Notes: a model not told the origin generated them from the sequence alone. DNA of 64,000 bases from Octopus sinensis (GCF_006345805.1 NC_043001.1:109306001-109370000), one strand, 5' to 3'; counted from the stretch's first letter, positions 25,284 through 40,089 are shown. Made by a program: numbers and translations.

Positions 25284-26449
25284 GGGTATATATGTATATG
25301 TATTTATGTGTGTGTATATATATATATATGTATATACATAGGTATATATGTATATGTATTTATGTGTGTGTGTATATATATGTGTGTGTAGGATTGTGTT
25401 TCGTGTGCATACGTGCGCGCGCGCACCTGTGAGCGTCTTGCCTTTACATTTGTACCCGGTTACAGCCCGACGGCCGATGTTGGTTTGTTGACATCCCCAT
25501 AACTTACCACTTTGGCAAAAGACACTGATAGAAACAGTACCAAGCTTAACAATAATTGAAAAAACAACTAAATTCTGGAATCGATTCGGTCGACTAAACC
25601 CCAGAAAACCGCGTCCTAGCATGGCTGTATTCCAATAAGTATAGCAAATAAAAAAGTAAAAGAAGCATAGGCCGTTGGCTCCTAATGAACAAGGGGGCTT
25701 TTATTGAATGAGTAACTTAACTGATGTTTCTCCTCCGTTTTTAAGACGGCACGGTGTAAGTTGAGGAAGATCTGTCCCCTATTCGTAGTTATTTGTAAAT
25801 CTCCCCAGCAGTTCCCTGAACACTCTTTCGTTCGTAAGTTCTCTGCAGCCAGTGGCGGACTGGGTCGAAAAGTATTGCTTGCCAGAAGATTAAGGGGGCT
25901 CACCTGCAACTACAAGGGGGACCACCCGCAACTACAATGCTGTGTTTTAATTTTTTTTTGTTTATTAAAATGTATTCTTTTCAACTGTCGACAAACACAC
26001 CCAAGGTGAAAAAATTAATGCATTCTTCCAGGAGTGAATAAAACATTTCTCAAACTTAACGGGATGAGCCTGTTAGATACTAACATGGGCTTCCATATAT
26101 GGATTCAACAGGGGACCACTTGCCATTGGCAACCTGGCCTTTCCGTCAGTGTCTGCAGCTGTTGCTGTTATTATTGTTGTTACCGTTCTTTAGACATAGA
26201 GCAGTCATTGAGTAGAGCTCTGATTATTGAAATGGTAGGAGAGGATTCACGTCAGAGTAATCACCTTCCAGGCTGCTAGCCATGTAATATCGTCTGTAGA
26301 TGAAGTGATACGACAATTAACATCGCGTATCAATGTTCGAGCTGTGCTGTACCGTAGGAGACCTCAAGACGGAAGATTCCTCTACTACGTATTCCAGGGG
26401 ACCAGTGTATATATATATATACATAATATATATATATATATATATATAA

Positions 26450-26500
<51 letters not shown>

Positions 26501-26601
26501 TGTATGTGTGTGTGCGTGTGTGTATGTGTGTGTGTATGTATGTGTGTATGTGTGTGTGTATATATGGAGTTTCAATGGCCCAGTGGTTATGCCAAACGAG
26601 A

Positions 26602-27000
26602 TTACTCTTTTACTTGTTTCAGTGATTTGACTGCGACCATGCTGGAGCACCGCCTTCAGTCGAGCAAATCGACTCCAGGACTTATTCTTTTTAAGCCTAG
26701 TGCTTATTCTATCGGGCTCTTTTGTCGAACCGTTACGTTACGGGGACGTAAACACACCACCATCGGTTGTCAAGCGATGTTGGGGGACAAATACAGACAC
26801 ACAAACACATATACACACACATACATATAGAGATATACGACGGGCTTCTTTCAGTTTCCGTCTATCAAATCCACTCACAAGGCTTTGGTCATCCCGAGGC
26901 TATAGTAGAAGACACTTGTCCAAGGTGTCACGCAGCGGGAATCAACTCGGAAACATGTGGTTGGCAAGCAAGCTACTTGCCACACAGCCACTCCTGCGCC
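26602..27000 (-). mobile_element. Full-length SINE-B
   Basis: Head GGCGCAGGAGTGGCTGTGTGG, CORE-like ACCTTGGACAAGTGTC, internal (TA)(TG) tract, tail TGAAACAAGTAAAAGAGTAA. Confidence 0.9.
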
Positions 27001-27116
27001 CAAAGGTCCAAAAAACAAAATAAAAAATGTTTTAACTCCAATGGAGATGGAAAATATAAAATAACCTCTCTGTAACGTCATATTGCAACATATATACGTA
27101 TTTAGATTATACGAAT

Positions 27117-27472
27117 ATCATCATCATCATCATGGCTTGGCTTCGCGAACGAAGATCAGGAAGGCTGTCTACGTTGCGAGCATGCACGCTCATAACTGAC
27201 AAGTCCGATATACAGGAAAGACAGGTCCGTGAGCAGTGTCCACAGAGGAAGGTAACATCCGGTGTGGTGTCAGAGGCGGCTCGCGCCTTCCTCCGGCGTC
27301 TCTTGTCTTTAAGTGCGTCTCTTCTTTGTTCCTCGAACTTGCTGACTGCGTAGAAGATCGTGTGGCGCCAGACATCACGGTCCGCAGCCAGGTCTGACCA
27401 GCATTGGTGGTTAATTTGAAATGCTGTTAGAGACTTCTTGAGGCAGTCTTTGTAGCCTTCCTTGGAGCTCCT
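27117..27472 (-). mobile_element. RTE-clade LINE 3' end, 5'-truncated, with (ATG)n tail
   Basis: YKDCLKKSL...WSDLAADRDVWRHTI...FEEQRR...CGHCSRTCLS (C-terminal C2H2 remnant), short UTR, ATGATGATG tail. Confidence 0.9.
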
Positions 27473-27944
27473 CTCATATATACAAACACACATATATATC
27501 ATTTACTCTACACATTCTTTAAGATAGTAATAGTTTTTTTCTCCATACAGACACTGAAGTTGGGTAGGTTTATGTAATGTGCCTACCCTGTCCATCTCAA
27601 TGTCTCTATGTCAAAATACTATTAGAAGCTCTTATTTTAAATATATAAGTGAATAATAATATATAGGTGCAGGAGTGGCTGTGTGGAAAGTTTTTGGCAC
27701 GTAATACCCGCGATAGTTGAGAGATTAATGTACATTTAATTTTTCTATATGATCAAAACGTGTACATTTCTTTTATAGCTTTATTATACAGCTAAAATAT
27801 TTGTCCTAGTCATGTCTGGCCAAATCGTGTGCCTTTTCATTTCTGCTGCAATCCCTACCTACTGGCTGGAGGGGAAGCCACTTCTAGCCGCTTTTGAAAG
27901 GCAGTCACAAAATCACATGTTCAACTGCAGTTCAAACCGGAATA

Positions 27945-28256
27945 TTTCAGTCATTTAACTGCGGCCATGCGGGAGCAACACTTTGAAGCGTCTAAGTCGA
28001 AGGAAGCGTTTCCCAGTACTTTAATTCGTAAAATTGTAGTGTATTCTATCAGTCGCTTTTGCTGAACCGGTAAGCAACGCGGACCTAAGCACACAAACAC
28101 CAGTAGTCAAGCGGTGGTGAGAGACAAACACATAGACACACACGAACACACACGCACACACTTGTGTGTGTATATATATATATATATATGTAGAGAGAGA
28201 GAGACGGACAGACAGACAGAGGGAGAGTGAGGGAGGGGAGAGACAGAGACATTTTA

Positions 28257-28317
<61 letters not shown>

Positions 28318-29050
28318 GTCTGTCTGTCTGTCTGTATGTCTGTCTGTCTTTCTGTCTGTCTGTCTGCCTCTTTTACTTCTTTCAGTCATTTCACTGCAAC
28401 CATGCTGGAGCACCCCCTTTAGTCGAACACATCGACCCCAGGACTTATTCTTTGTAATCCTGGTACTTATTCTGTCGGACTATTTTGCCGAGCCGCTAGC
28501 CTGCGCGGACGTAACCACATTAACATTGGTTGTTAAGCGATGGTGGGAGGACGAAAACGGACACACAAACACACACACACACACACACACATACACACAC
28601 ACATACATATATATACGACGGGCTACCTTCAGTCTACCAAATCCACTGACAAAGCTTTGTTCGGCCCAAGGATATGGTAGAAGACACTTGCCCAAGGTGA
28701 CACGCAGTAAGACTGAGCCCGGAGCCATGTGGTTGGGAAGCAAGCTTCTTACCACACAGCCACTGCTATCTGTTATCATTTACTTGTTTCAGCCATAAGA
28801 TTGTGGCCTTGCTAGGGCACTAACTTGAAATGCTTTGTCGAACAAATCGACCCCGGTAATTATTATTTATTTTTAAAAGTTTGGTACTCGATATGTCGTT
28901 CGATTTTGTCGAACCGCTACCGTTAACACTACTTAAACAAAGCAACACCGGTGGTCAAGCGGTGGGGGAGGGTAAGAACAGACACAAAGACGCACACATG
29001 GATATGCATACACTCATACATGCATATAAGTATATAATACTTATATATAC

Positions 29051-29092
<42 letters not shown>

Positions 29093-29123
29093 TATATATA
29101 TACATATATACATATATATATAT

Positions 29124-29154
<31 letters not shown>

Positions 29155-29366
29155 TACATACATATGTATATATATACATATATACATATATACATACATA
29201 TATATGCATTTTATATATTTATGCACATATATACATATATCTATATATGTATACAAATGTATACACATATATATATATACTCTTTACTCTTTTACTCTTT
29301 TACTCTTTTACTTGTTTCAGTCATTTTGACTGTGGCCATGCTGGAGCACAGCCTTTAGTCGACCAA
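27945..29366 (-). mobile_element. Cluster of four co-oriented SINE-B copies or fragments
   Basis: Tails at about 27945, 28367, 28778 and 29280; full head at 28763. Confidence 0.8.
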
Positions 29367-29441
29367 ATATGTTACTTAATTATCTACATTACTTCATGAG
29401 TATAGCCTCAACCACTAGGATGTCTAGAGAACTCACATGTA

Positions 29442-29532
29442 TTTTAGCTGATGAGTACGGGACACGTTTATATGCTGTAATTTTTACAACTTTTAATAAA
29501 GCCTGTCCTTGTATGAAACGATTGTACTAAAA
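29442..29532 (+). ncRNA. Type-I hammerhead ribozyme motif with intact catalytic core
   Basis: TTTTAG-CTGATGA-GTACGGGACA...TGTCCTTGTAT-GAAA-CGATT-GTA-CTAAAA; 6-bp stem I; predicted cleavage after 29526. Confidence 0.8.
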
Positions 29533-29758
29533 ACCTATCCATTCTTGTTGCTTCTTTCTCGCTTATAATCACCCCACATTACTGTATTGTTAAAACAGTA
29601 TAGTTTTTTTTTGGTGCATCTAAGTTAGGTACCATATTCAAGTAAATTCATTTAAATTAACTTGAATCTTTATTGCTTTTTGAATATATTTGTATATATA
29701 TATACATATATATATACATATATAAATATATACATACATACATGCATGCATACATACA

Positions 29759-29792
<34 letters not shown>

Positions 29793-29932
29793 CATACATA
29801 CATATATACATACACAAATACATGCATGCATGCATACATACATATATACATACATACATGTATGTATGCATGTATGTATGTATGTATGTCTGTATGTATG
29901 CATGTTTGTGTGTGTCTATGTATGTATGTATT

Positions 29933-29964
<32 letters not shown>

Positions 29965-30073
29965 TATATCAATACGTCTAGCTATACATAGACACATGTA
30001 TACTGAAAGAAGTATGTTCATTTGTCGACACAGACAGATACACGTACAGATGCTGTTTAATATAATTTACCAA

Positions 30074-30455
30074 GGCGGCGAGCTGGCAGAAACGTTAGCA
30101 CGCCGGGCGTAATGCTGAGCGGTATTTCGTCTACCGTTACGTTCTGAGTTCAAATTCTGCCGAGGTCGACGTTGCCTTTCATCCTTTAGGGGTCGACTAA
30201 ATAAGTACCAGTTACGCACTGGGTCGATATAATCGACTTAATCTGTTTGTCTGTCCTTATTTGTCCTCTCTGTGTTTAACCCCTTGTGGGTAGTAAAGAA
30301 ATAGGTATTTCATGTGTCTTTACGTTCTAAGTTCAAACTCCGCTGAGGTCGACTTTACGTTTCATCCTTTCGGAGTCGATAAATTAAGTACCAGTTACGT
30401 ACTTGGGTCGATCTAAATCTCCCAAAAATTCGGGCCTTGTCCCTAGAGCAGAAAT
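30074..30455 (+). mobile_element. SINE-A dimer: head + type-1 body + type-2 body
   Basis: Junction AAAGAAATA|GGTATTTC at about 30303; flanking TSD TTAATATAA(T/G)TTA at 30057 and 30455. Confidence 0.9.
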
Positions 30456-30974
30456 TAATATAAGTTAATATGTGCGCTTAAATTATGTTTCTTAGTAGTG
30501 GTCATGTATTTAGTGGAGATGTTCGTGAGTGAAAGTTCCATAGTGCGGTGTACACAAAATCTTAAATACTTCTGATATATGCATAGAAGTAGATACAATA
30601 CAAACTCTATATAAACGGATTTTACAATGTAATATGGTTAATTAATTATTTGTGAGAAGACTTCAGAATACGAAACATATGTAGAAACTCGTGGTGTCTG
30701 TGTATGCATGTACGTGTTATATATATATATATATTATATATATATATAATATATATATATATATATAGATATATATATATAGAGTATACCTAGATGTGTG
30801 TGTGTATGTGTATCTGTAATGTGTGTGTATGTATATATATATATATATGTGTGTATATATATATTTATGTTTGTATGTATATAACTATCTCTCTCTCTAT
30901 TTTTACCTCTGTATGCATATATATACATGAATATATATATATGTACACATGCATGCATAGATGCACACGCGCAT

Positions 30975-31047
<73 letters not shown>

Positions 31048-31107
31048 ATATAAGTACTTAGTTATCTATAATATATATTCATATTGTACATATCTATCTA
31101 TCCATCT

Positions 31108-31140
<33 letters not shown>

Positions 31141-31174
31141 CACATATATATATAACACATAGAGAAACATACAT

Positions 31175-31215
<41 letters not shown>

Positions 31216-31232
31216 ATGCACTCATTTATCTG

Positions 31233-31290
<58 letters not shown>

Positions 31291-31525
31291 GATATATATA
31301 TATATATACACACACATACATTATGAGAGCAACAGAGAGAGAGAGAGGGGGGAGAAGGAAAGAGAATTGAGTACGATATGATACATATATATATATTATA
31401 TATATTTCCTAAATGCGTATAAACAACCACAAATAACAGATGTAAGTAGAATGCAACATAGATAGGCAGGCAGGTAGGAATAGACGGATAAACAGATAGA
31501 AATATAAATAGATAGACAGACAGAC

Positions 31526-31604
<79 letters not shown>

Positions 31605-32650
31605 GAGGGAGAGATAGATGGATTGATAGACCGAAAGATAGATATATACAGACATTTATTTGCACACATACATTTGTGTCTCTCTCTTTGTGTTTATGTG
31701 TGTTTATATGTGTTTATGATGCGTGGGCGTTTGTATGTATTTGCATATATCCTCCGGAACCTGTAGCAAAGTGTGTGTGTAGGATAAAGCTCTTTTAGTA
31801 ACAGAGTTATTCATAAACCGAAATTGATGATTGTTTTAAACTTTTTTCAATTAAAAGAAAAGATTATGTATGGAGAAAAATATTTTATTACGTAAGGCCA
31901 AGCTCGTAAATGTTTAAGAGAGAAACAAAATTAAGAATGAGAGGCTCTGATGCCCAAGCACTTGATTAAATATACGGAATCAACAAGAACATTTTAAAAT
32001 TCTGTGATGCGTGCATCGAAACAGAACCGATTTTAGACTGTGTTTCAGGTATTTTACCTGTTTGTGTGGTATTAGTTCGAAATAAATAATATTAGATAAC
32101 TTGTTGTATTTAGGAATGACCATTCCTAAATACAACATTATCTGTTTCAACACACGATTTCACATAAAAAAAATCTTGCACAACAAATATATAAACGTAA
32201 TTAGGTGACTTGATAAACTTGAATAAGTTTTTGGCCAAAGTTTGGCCCAGGCCATGTATAACTTAATAGCACCACCTGGTTGCATCTGTTAACTTATTTT
32301 AAAGTCAAGTTTTGTGGTGTCAGGGCCCAGTCAAGTAGTGAGTTGTTGTCGACTGTGATGTGTGATGTATCCAGAAAGTTTAATTACGTCATCAACATAA
32401 GTAGTGTAAAAGTTTTGTGATGTGTATAACAGTCCATGGTGAGAGTCGTGCTCTTGGTTAGGAGGGTAGTCACTCACAGGTTGAATTCCCATAGTTATAT
32501 ACATTTTTAATAACGTCCCTTGTAGAAAAATGACTAATTTAAGATTGGTAATGAACCCACAAGGAAAAGTTTACTTGATATTGCAGGGTAGTAGTAGTAT
32601 GGAAATAAAAAGATAGGAATTCAAGCTGATATATATAGGTATATATATAT

Positions 32651-32737
<87 letters not shown>

Positions 32738-33142
32738 ATATATATGTATGTATGTATGTGTGTGTGTATGTATGCATGTATGTATTCAGATAATTATATG
32801 CCTATGTGTGCAGGGGTGTATGTATGTAAACATATGTATATACGCATATATACATGCATGCGCACACAAGCTTACACTCAGATATAGATACATAGATATA
32901 TATGCATATATATATGTGCACGTGCTGTATGTATGTATGTATGCATGTATGTGCATATATATACATATATAAATATATGAATATATATACACACTTATAT
33001 AAATATCTATGTACATGTATATGTCTATTTATCTTTCTCTCTGTGTGTCTCTCTCTCTGTCTCTGTCTCTCTCTCTCTCTCTATATATATATATACACAT
33101 ATAAATAGATATATTTATTATGGTTTAAAAAGATATACTTTA

Positions 33143-33275
<133 letters not shown>

Positions 33276-33303
33276 ATATTATATAATATATATACATATA
33301 TTT

Positions 33304-33409
33304 ATATCACCGTGATCACCGTGACCGATCAGGCTATCAGATGTTGGTACACATCGCTGGTCACAATGCGCTTCGCATTGTTTTAACCCTCAAATGACGC
33401 CACCCCGCT
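33304..33409 (-). mobile_element. Structured retroposon 3' tail fragment next to (TA)n
   Basis: GCGGGGTGGCGTCATTTG...GTGACC..GATGT..ACATC..GGTCACGGTGAT, nested stems ending at the microsatellite. Confidence 0.5.
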
Positions 33410-34125
33410 ATGTGTCTTTTTAAAGACAAAATTTGTGTGTGTATGTATATATATACGTATATATATACATATAATGGTTGTGAGTTCGATCCTCATGGCT
33501 GGTTGCTGACCAATTTTTCTGCTCTATAAGATTTTGTCCTTTATATGCTGTTCTATTAGTACTTACACGTTGAAAACTATATCTTTCTACTTGTACTACA
33601 ATACACATTTCAACGCTTCAAAAACAAACTTATGTTTGTTTACATATAACGTAAATATATAGGTATGTATATATTTGTTTTTGTGCGTATATATATATAT
33701 ATATATATTGTATATGTACATATACACCTGCATACAAACATAACAGAAACATGTATATGTCGATATTTTTCTTAGAAATGCGTATGTACGTATATATGTT
33801 TACATGTATGTATATATATGTTTGTATGTATATATATGTATGTATATATATGTGTATATATGTGTGTATATATATGTTTATATGTTTATATGTATGTATG
33901 CATGTGTTTGGCATACGTGTGAATATATGCACACACGCATACTTAAGAAAGTGGGAGAGAGAGAAAGAGATAGAGAGAGGGGGGAGACGAAGAGGGGGGG
34001 CACATATTTCTAAGTATAATGATATATACATATAAACGCATATATGTATACGTACGCTTCTATATATTTATATATGCATGTTTATATCTATGTATGTATG
34101 TATGTATCTATCTATCTATCTATCA

Positions 34126-34172
<47 letters not shown>

Positions 34173-34188
34173 AATTTATCTATCTATC

Positions 34189-34279
<91 letters not shown>

Positions 34280-34360
34280 TTGTTTGTTTGTTTCTAGGTT
34301 TGGCTGTCTGTCTGCCTGCCTACCAACTAGCCTGTCAGTTTGTCTGTTTTTCGCTGTTTT

Positions 34361-34445
<85 letters not shown>

Positions 34446-34549
34446 TTATATACATAGTCAAATACGAAAATACATCTACAGACAATCACACGTGTATATG
34501 TGTGCATTTATTTCTGTTTAGACATACATAGCAGTAATAATGCGCACAC

Positions 34550-35772
34550 AGAAATACAGTACTTACACTCGCAAACGCGTGCGCACATGTTTCCGTGATT
34601 GCGCGTGCGTGTGAGTTTGTGTAACGTCTACCGACGTAAAACAATGAACGAGAGAAACTTCAGCATGGAAACCTTAAAACCAAATGATTGGATCGTTGGA
34701 AACCTGTTTCTAACGACGCTATTCTTCAAAATTGTGATAATATATATGCATATATTATGTATATACTTATAAATTATATAATCTTGACAAAATGTGTAAT
34801 TTTATATATATTCATGGTTGTTTGCGTGTGTCGATGTTAATAAATGTATGTGTTTCTGAATGCGCGTGCATATATTTAAGTTTGTGTTCAATTTACACAC
34901 ACATACACACATGCGTACGTATATATATCGTATATATTTAAATGTATAGGTGTGTCCGCTTGTGTGATTACGCATGAGTGCTGTGTGTGTCTGCGTGTGT
35001 CTGTGTGTCTGTGTGCGTGTGTGTGTTGGGTATCGCTCAGCATGCTCCTAGCTGTGTGGTGTGTAGTGAAGGATGGAAGTTCGCGTGTGGGATTATCCGC
35101 AAATTGTGGAGGTGGAATGCAAATATGTATATGAGAGAGAAGGATGTGGAGGATGAAACGATGTCGGTTGTTGATATTGCAGTGTGGGGGCCGACGAATA
35201 CGAGAAATAAATCCTAAATCGAAGCAATGAAATATATATAAAGATTGATTAATAAGAACGTCCGGAATATATATGTACACACACACTGACAAACACATAC
35301 AAACACACACATATTTATACGTGTGTGTGTGCGTGTGTGTATTATGTGAATAGAGAGGAGAGAAAGAGGGAGATTGAGAGAGAAGGAGAGCGTGTGAACT
35401 TGCGTGTGAGAGACGAGGTGGGGGTGGCGTGCATAGATATTTTGAGACAGAGGAAGCTGTGTGTCGCGGTTTTGAAAAGTGAAGAGCAATGCAACGATCA
35501 GGTGTGAGACAGATGATGAGCGAGAGGGAGAGAGAGAGAGAGAGAGGGTGGGAGAGCACGAGAGAGAGAGAGTGTGGGAGAGCACGAGAGAGAGAGAGAG
35601 AGTGTGTGCGAGAGAGAGAGCATGAGTGAGAGAGATATGGAAAAGTAGAGAGAGAGAGAGAGGCGATTAGAGAAGGGGGAGGAGAAACAGAGAAGGCGGT
35701 GTGATGAGCGAGGTGAGAAAAGATAAAAATAGAGATGCATGACAAAGGAGGAAAAGATGGAGAGAGAGAGAA

Positions 35773-35812
<40 letters not shown>

Positions 35813-36202
35813 AGTGTAGGATACGTACAGAAAGGATGAAGAATAGGGAGGGAATAAAAGAATGGGGAGTGGGAGGAGTTAAGTATAGATTGATAGACGA
35901 AGGGAGTGACGATATTGGTGGATTCGTGGGAAGAAAAGTCCCCAACTTTAGCTAGCTACATCCATATCTACTTTGATTTATTCAATCAATCTTCCTTTAT
36001 TTCTTTGTTTTATTTCCTCTTCTTCCTCATCTTCTTCTTCTTCCTCATCTTCTTCTTCTTCTTCTTCTTCTTCTTCTTCTTCTTCTTCTTCTTCTTCTTC
36101 TTCTTCTTCTTCTTCTTCTTCTCCTCCTCCTTCATCGTCTTCTTCATCATCATCATAATTTTCTGACGTTATTATTTTTATTATTAATAATCATAGTATT
36201 GA

Positions 36203-36250
<48 letters not shown>

Positions 36251-36839
36251 TATTATTTAGTTTTGCTTTGTTTTGTCAGTCATTCAACATTTTCTTCCAT
36301 TTCTTTTCTCTTTTTTTTTCGTTTCCCTCATCCTCCGAACGCTTCTAATAAAAACAGACGCCATCAAGGTAGTCTAGCCATTGCAATAGTCCCGCTAAAA
36401 GCAGAAACAACCGCCGTTGTTGAGTTCTATCTCACACACATCTCTCCTTTCTTCTCCCTCTTTCTCCCACTATATATATATACATATATATATATATACA
36501 AGTGTGTGTGTATACAATTGACATAAAACAACCATAAAAAGACGCACGAATACGTAGAATAATATAAAGGCTACTGAATTTTGTTAGAAAAAGAAGCAAA
36601 AAACACGTTCTGCCGTAAAGTGAAAGTAGAAAAAACAAAAACAACAACAACAGAAACTTCTGAAAGAAACTGTTAAATAGTGGAAGTGCAAACAAATATT
36701 TGGCTTTTCCTTGCCTAGGCAGCTTCACACATAAGCGGACAAAAAGCTCACAGAATCTTATAGTTGCCGTTAGATGCACATGTTTACATAAAAGAAAAAA
36801 CTAAATTTTTTTTAAATATCTGTCGACGGAGATCATAAA
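34550..36839 (+). promoter_or_regulatory. Candidate promoter / 5' UTR region
   Basis: No recognisable SINE, more CpG than the surroundings, long GA tracts (35350-35900), (TTC)n, lies directly upstream of the candidate first coding exon. Confidence 0.35.
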
Positions 36840-36900
36840 ATGTTGTTCAACATAACGCCAATAATATGTGTGCTGGTACTGTGTGTTCTCTTTCCGAGAG
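36840..36900 (+). CDS. Candidate first coding exon encoding a signal peptide (MLFNITPIICVLVLCVLFPR + G, phase 1)
   Basis: CATAAAATG start context, hydrophobic core IICVLVLCVLF, strong donor GAG|GTAAGC after 61 nt. Confidence 0.6.
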
Positions 36901-36947
36901 GTAAGCTCACCGTATTCATTTATTTCTTTGCATTTAATTATTATCAT

Positions 36948-37410
<463 letters not shown>

Positions 37411-37979
37411 TTATTTTCTAGTGTATATTTTATTACAACAAGAGCAACAGCATCAACAACAACAACAAAAACTAGAGAAAAAAAGGCACAAGCGAAAAAA
37501 AATTGATAAGAAAATTACCAACAATAATAAAAACAATAATAACAACGATAACAATAATAGAACAACAACAACAAAAACACCATTACCAACATCAGCAGCA
37601 ACTACAACAACAACAACAACAATAACAACAACATCAATAATAACAACAACACCAGGAATAATGTTTATATTTTCTGACATAACATAGTTTATAGTTGGAA
37701 GTAATGCTCACATATCAGTGATTGTATTTATAAGAAAGTAGAGTGGCGAGTGACAATCGATCGTATTGATCCCAGATTGGGATACAACCCAAACTTTAAA
37801 TGGATTGCATTTTGCGCTTCTATAATGCATCGTGTTTTATTTAGTTTCATTTTCTCGTATTTTTTTTATTTATTTATTATTTTTTTTGTAAAAAATGTTC
37901 TTCATTTCTGCTTTTGATAAGATACTAGTTCCAACTTGGTAATCGTTGTATCTCACGCCCACTATACATACATACACAC

Positions 37980-38010
<31 letters not shown>

Positions 38011-38220
38011 TGTATGTATGTACCTATCTGTATATATACACACTTGCATTCAAAGACACTTAGATGCACACATGTATATATAACGGAATATATACATGTA
38101 TACACCCACCCACACACATATATATGTAGACATAACAGAATATATACATACATATATATGTATATATATATATATACATATCTATATATATATATATACA
38201 CATAACTTTATATATATATA

Positions 38221-38292
<72 letters not shown>

Positions 38293-38294
38293 AT

Positions 38295-38440
38295 TTAATT
38301 CGAGACAAAACCACTATTTTGCAAAACAAACAAGGAAGACTTAATCAATACATAAAAATGTTTAATATAAAAAAATTTTTATGTATTGATTAAGTCTTTC
38401 CTTGTTTGTTTTGCAAAATAGTCGTTTTGTCTCGAATTAA
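38295..38440. repeat. Near-perfect inverted repeat, arms about 65 bp
   Basis: TTAATTCGAGACAAAACCACTATTTTGCAAAAC...CATAAAAAT and its reverse complement separated by about 15 nt. Confidence 0.93.
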
Positions 38441-38539
38441 TATTATATAATATTTTACTATAAAATTGGATTTAATCCTAAATCTGATTTTTTCCCTGTA
38501 AATTTGGATTTATTCCCTAATATTTATTATATATATATA

Positions 38540-38584
<45 letters not shown>

Positions 38585-39604
38585 CATATGAATATAAATT
38601 CACATGCACACACTTATACATCTATCTTCTAGATTTTAGCTTATTATTTCCTTTTGAAGTACGTTTCACGTATCTATGCATGTGAGCATGTTCTGTGTAT
38701 ATGAATGGTATGTATTGCTACTTAAAATTATGTGAAACTCCAGGAAAACAGTTGTTTGTGTCAACAGAGAAACTATGCAACAGCCACATTCCTCTGATGA
38801 TGGCTTTCGCGAAACGACATGTACCAGGCACATAACTAAACATTATGAATCACTTTTCTATGAGACGTCGACAATTTTACCATTCAAACAACATCAGCAA
38901 CAAAAACAACAAGCATACTATTTAAAATTCTAATAACTTTTAATATAGACTGAAGGCTACCGGTAGGGGCACATTTGATTTTCCGTGACGCTGATATACT
39001 TAGTTGAAATTGTATCGATCCAGTGTTGCACATGAGCAAACGAGACCACGTTGGCATTTGAGCTTATAGCATCGATTGTAGTAGACAATAAGCATAGCAA
39101 TCTTAGCCATTTATATGTTATAGCTTTTAAGCCTCTTGTATTATCCTAGGCTCTATCTAGAGAAGAAATGCCATTCATCTGATAGATATGAAGTCGCTCA
39201 CAGATAGGCTCAAACATGTGGATCACTGATATGCTATGTCCACTCTCAAATTTCTTCTCTACCGGTAATATGATAGCATCTACTTGTCATCTGCTCTGGT
39301 CTCACCGGTTGCGTTTTTTCACATGCGTCCGACCAGGCATAAGACTCTAAGCTCAGTCGTTCACAACTGGAAAATCTTAGCTTTAGAATATCTTTATCTG
39401 TAAATGTATTGTTTGTGAAAGTTGATGTGCATAAGTTAACGGCATCAAAAACATCAGTGCCGGTAAGATTAGGTAGAGTTTGAAATAATGCTAAATAAAT
39501 AAATGAAACCAGCAAACGACAGAATAGGAACATAGGAATAGGAAAAATTCGAAACTTATAGCAACTCAGACATACATACATACATGTGTGTGTGTGTGTG
39601 TGTG

Positions 39605-39981
39605 TGGAGGCGCAATTACCCAGTTGTTAGGGCAACGGGCTCGCAGTCGTACGATCGCGGTTTCGATTCCCAGACCGGCCTTTGTGAGTGTTTATTGAGT
39701 GAAAACTCCTAAAGCTCCGCGAGGCTCCGGCAGGGGCTGGTGGCGAGCCTTCCTGTACTTTTTCTCCAGAACTTACTCTCACTCTTTCTGTTTCTGTTGT
39801 ACCTGCATTTCAAAGGGGCCAGCCTTGTCACAACACTCTGTGTCACGCTCAATCTCCCCCGAGAACTACGTTAAGGGTACAGGTGACTGTGGAGTGCTCA
39901 GCTACTTACACGTTAATTTCACAAGTAAGCTATTCTGTTGATCGTATCAGGAACCCTTGTTATCGTAACCGACGGTGTGCC
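39605..39981 (+). mobile_element. Full-length SINE-C (tail ending GTAACCGACGGTGTGCC)
   Basis: Head GGAGGCGCAATTACCCAGTTGTTAGGGC, B-box GTTTCGATTCCC; homologous to 43101-43460 (-). Confidence 0.88.
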
Positions 39982-39999
39982 ACGATATATATATATATA

Positions 40000-40089
<90 letters not shown>

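Noticed and set aside
25850-25940. CAGTGGCGGACTGGG as a DNA transposon terminus
   Set aside because: No matching opposite TIR or TSD found in the window.
34888-35745. 285-aa ORF on - strand
   Set aside because: Largely (CT)n/(CA)n low-complexity translation with no domain.
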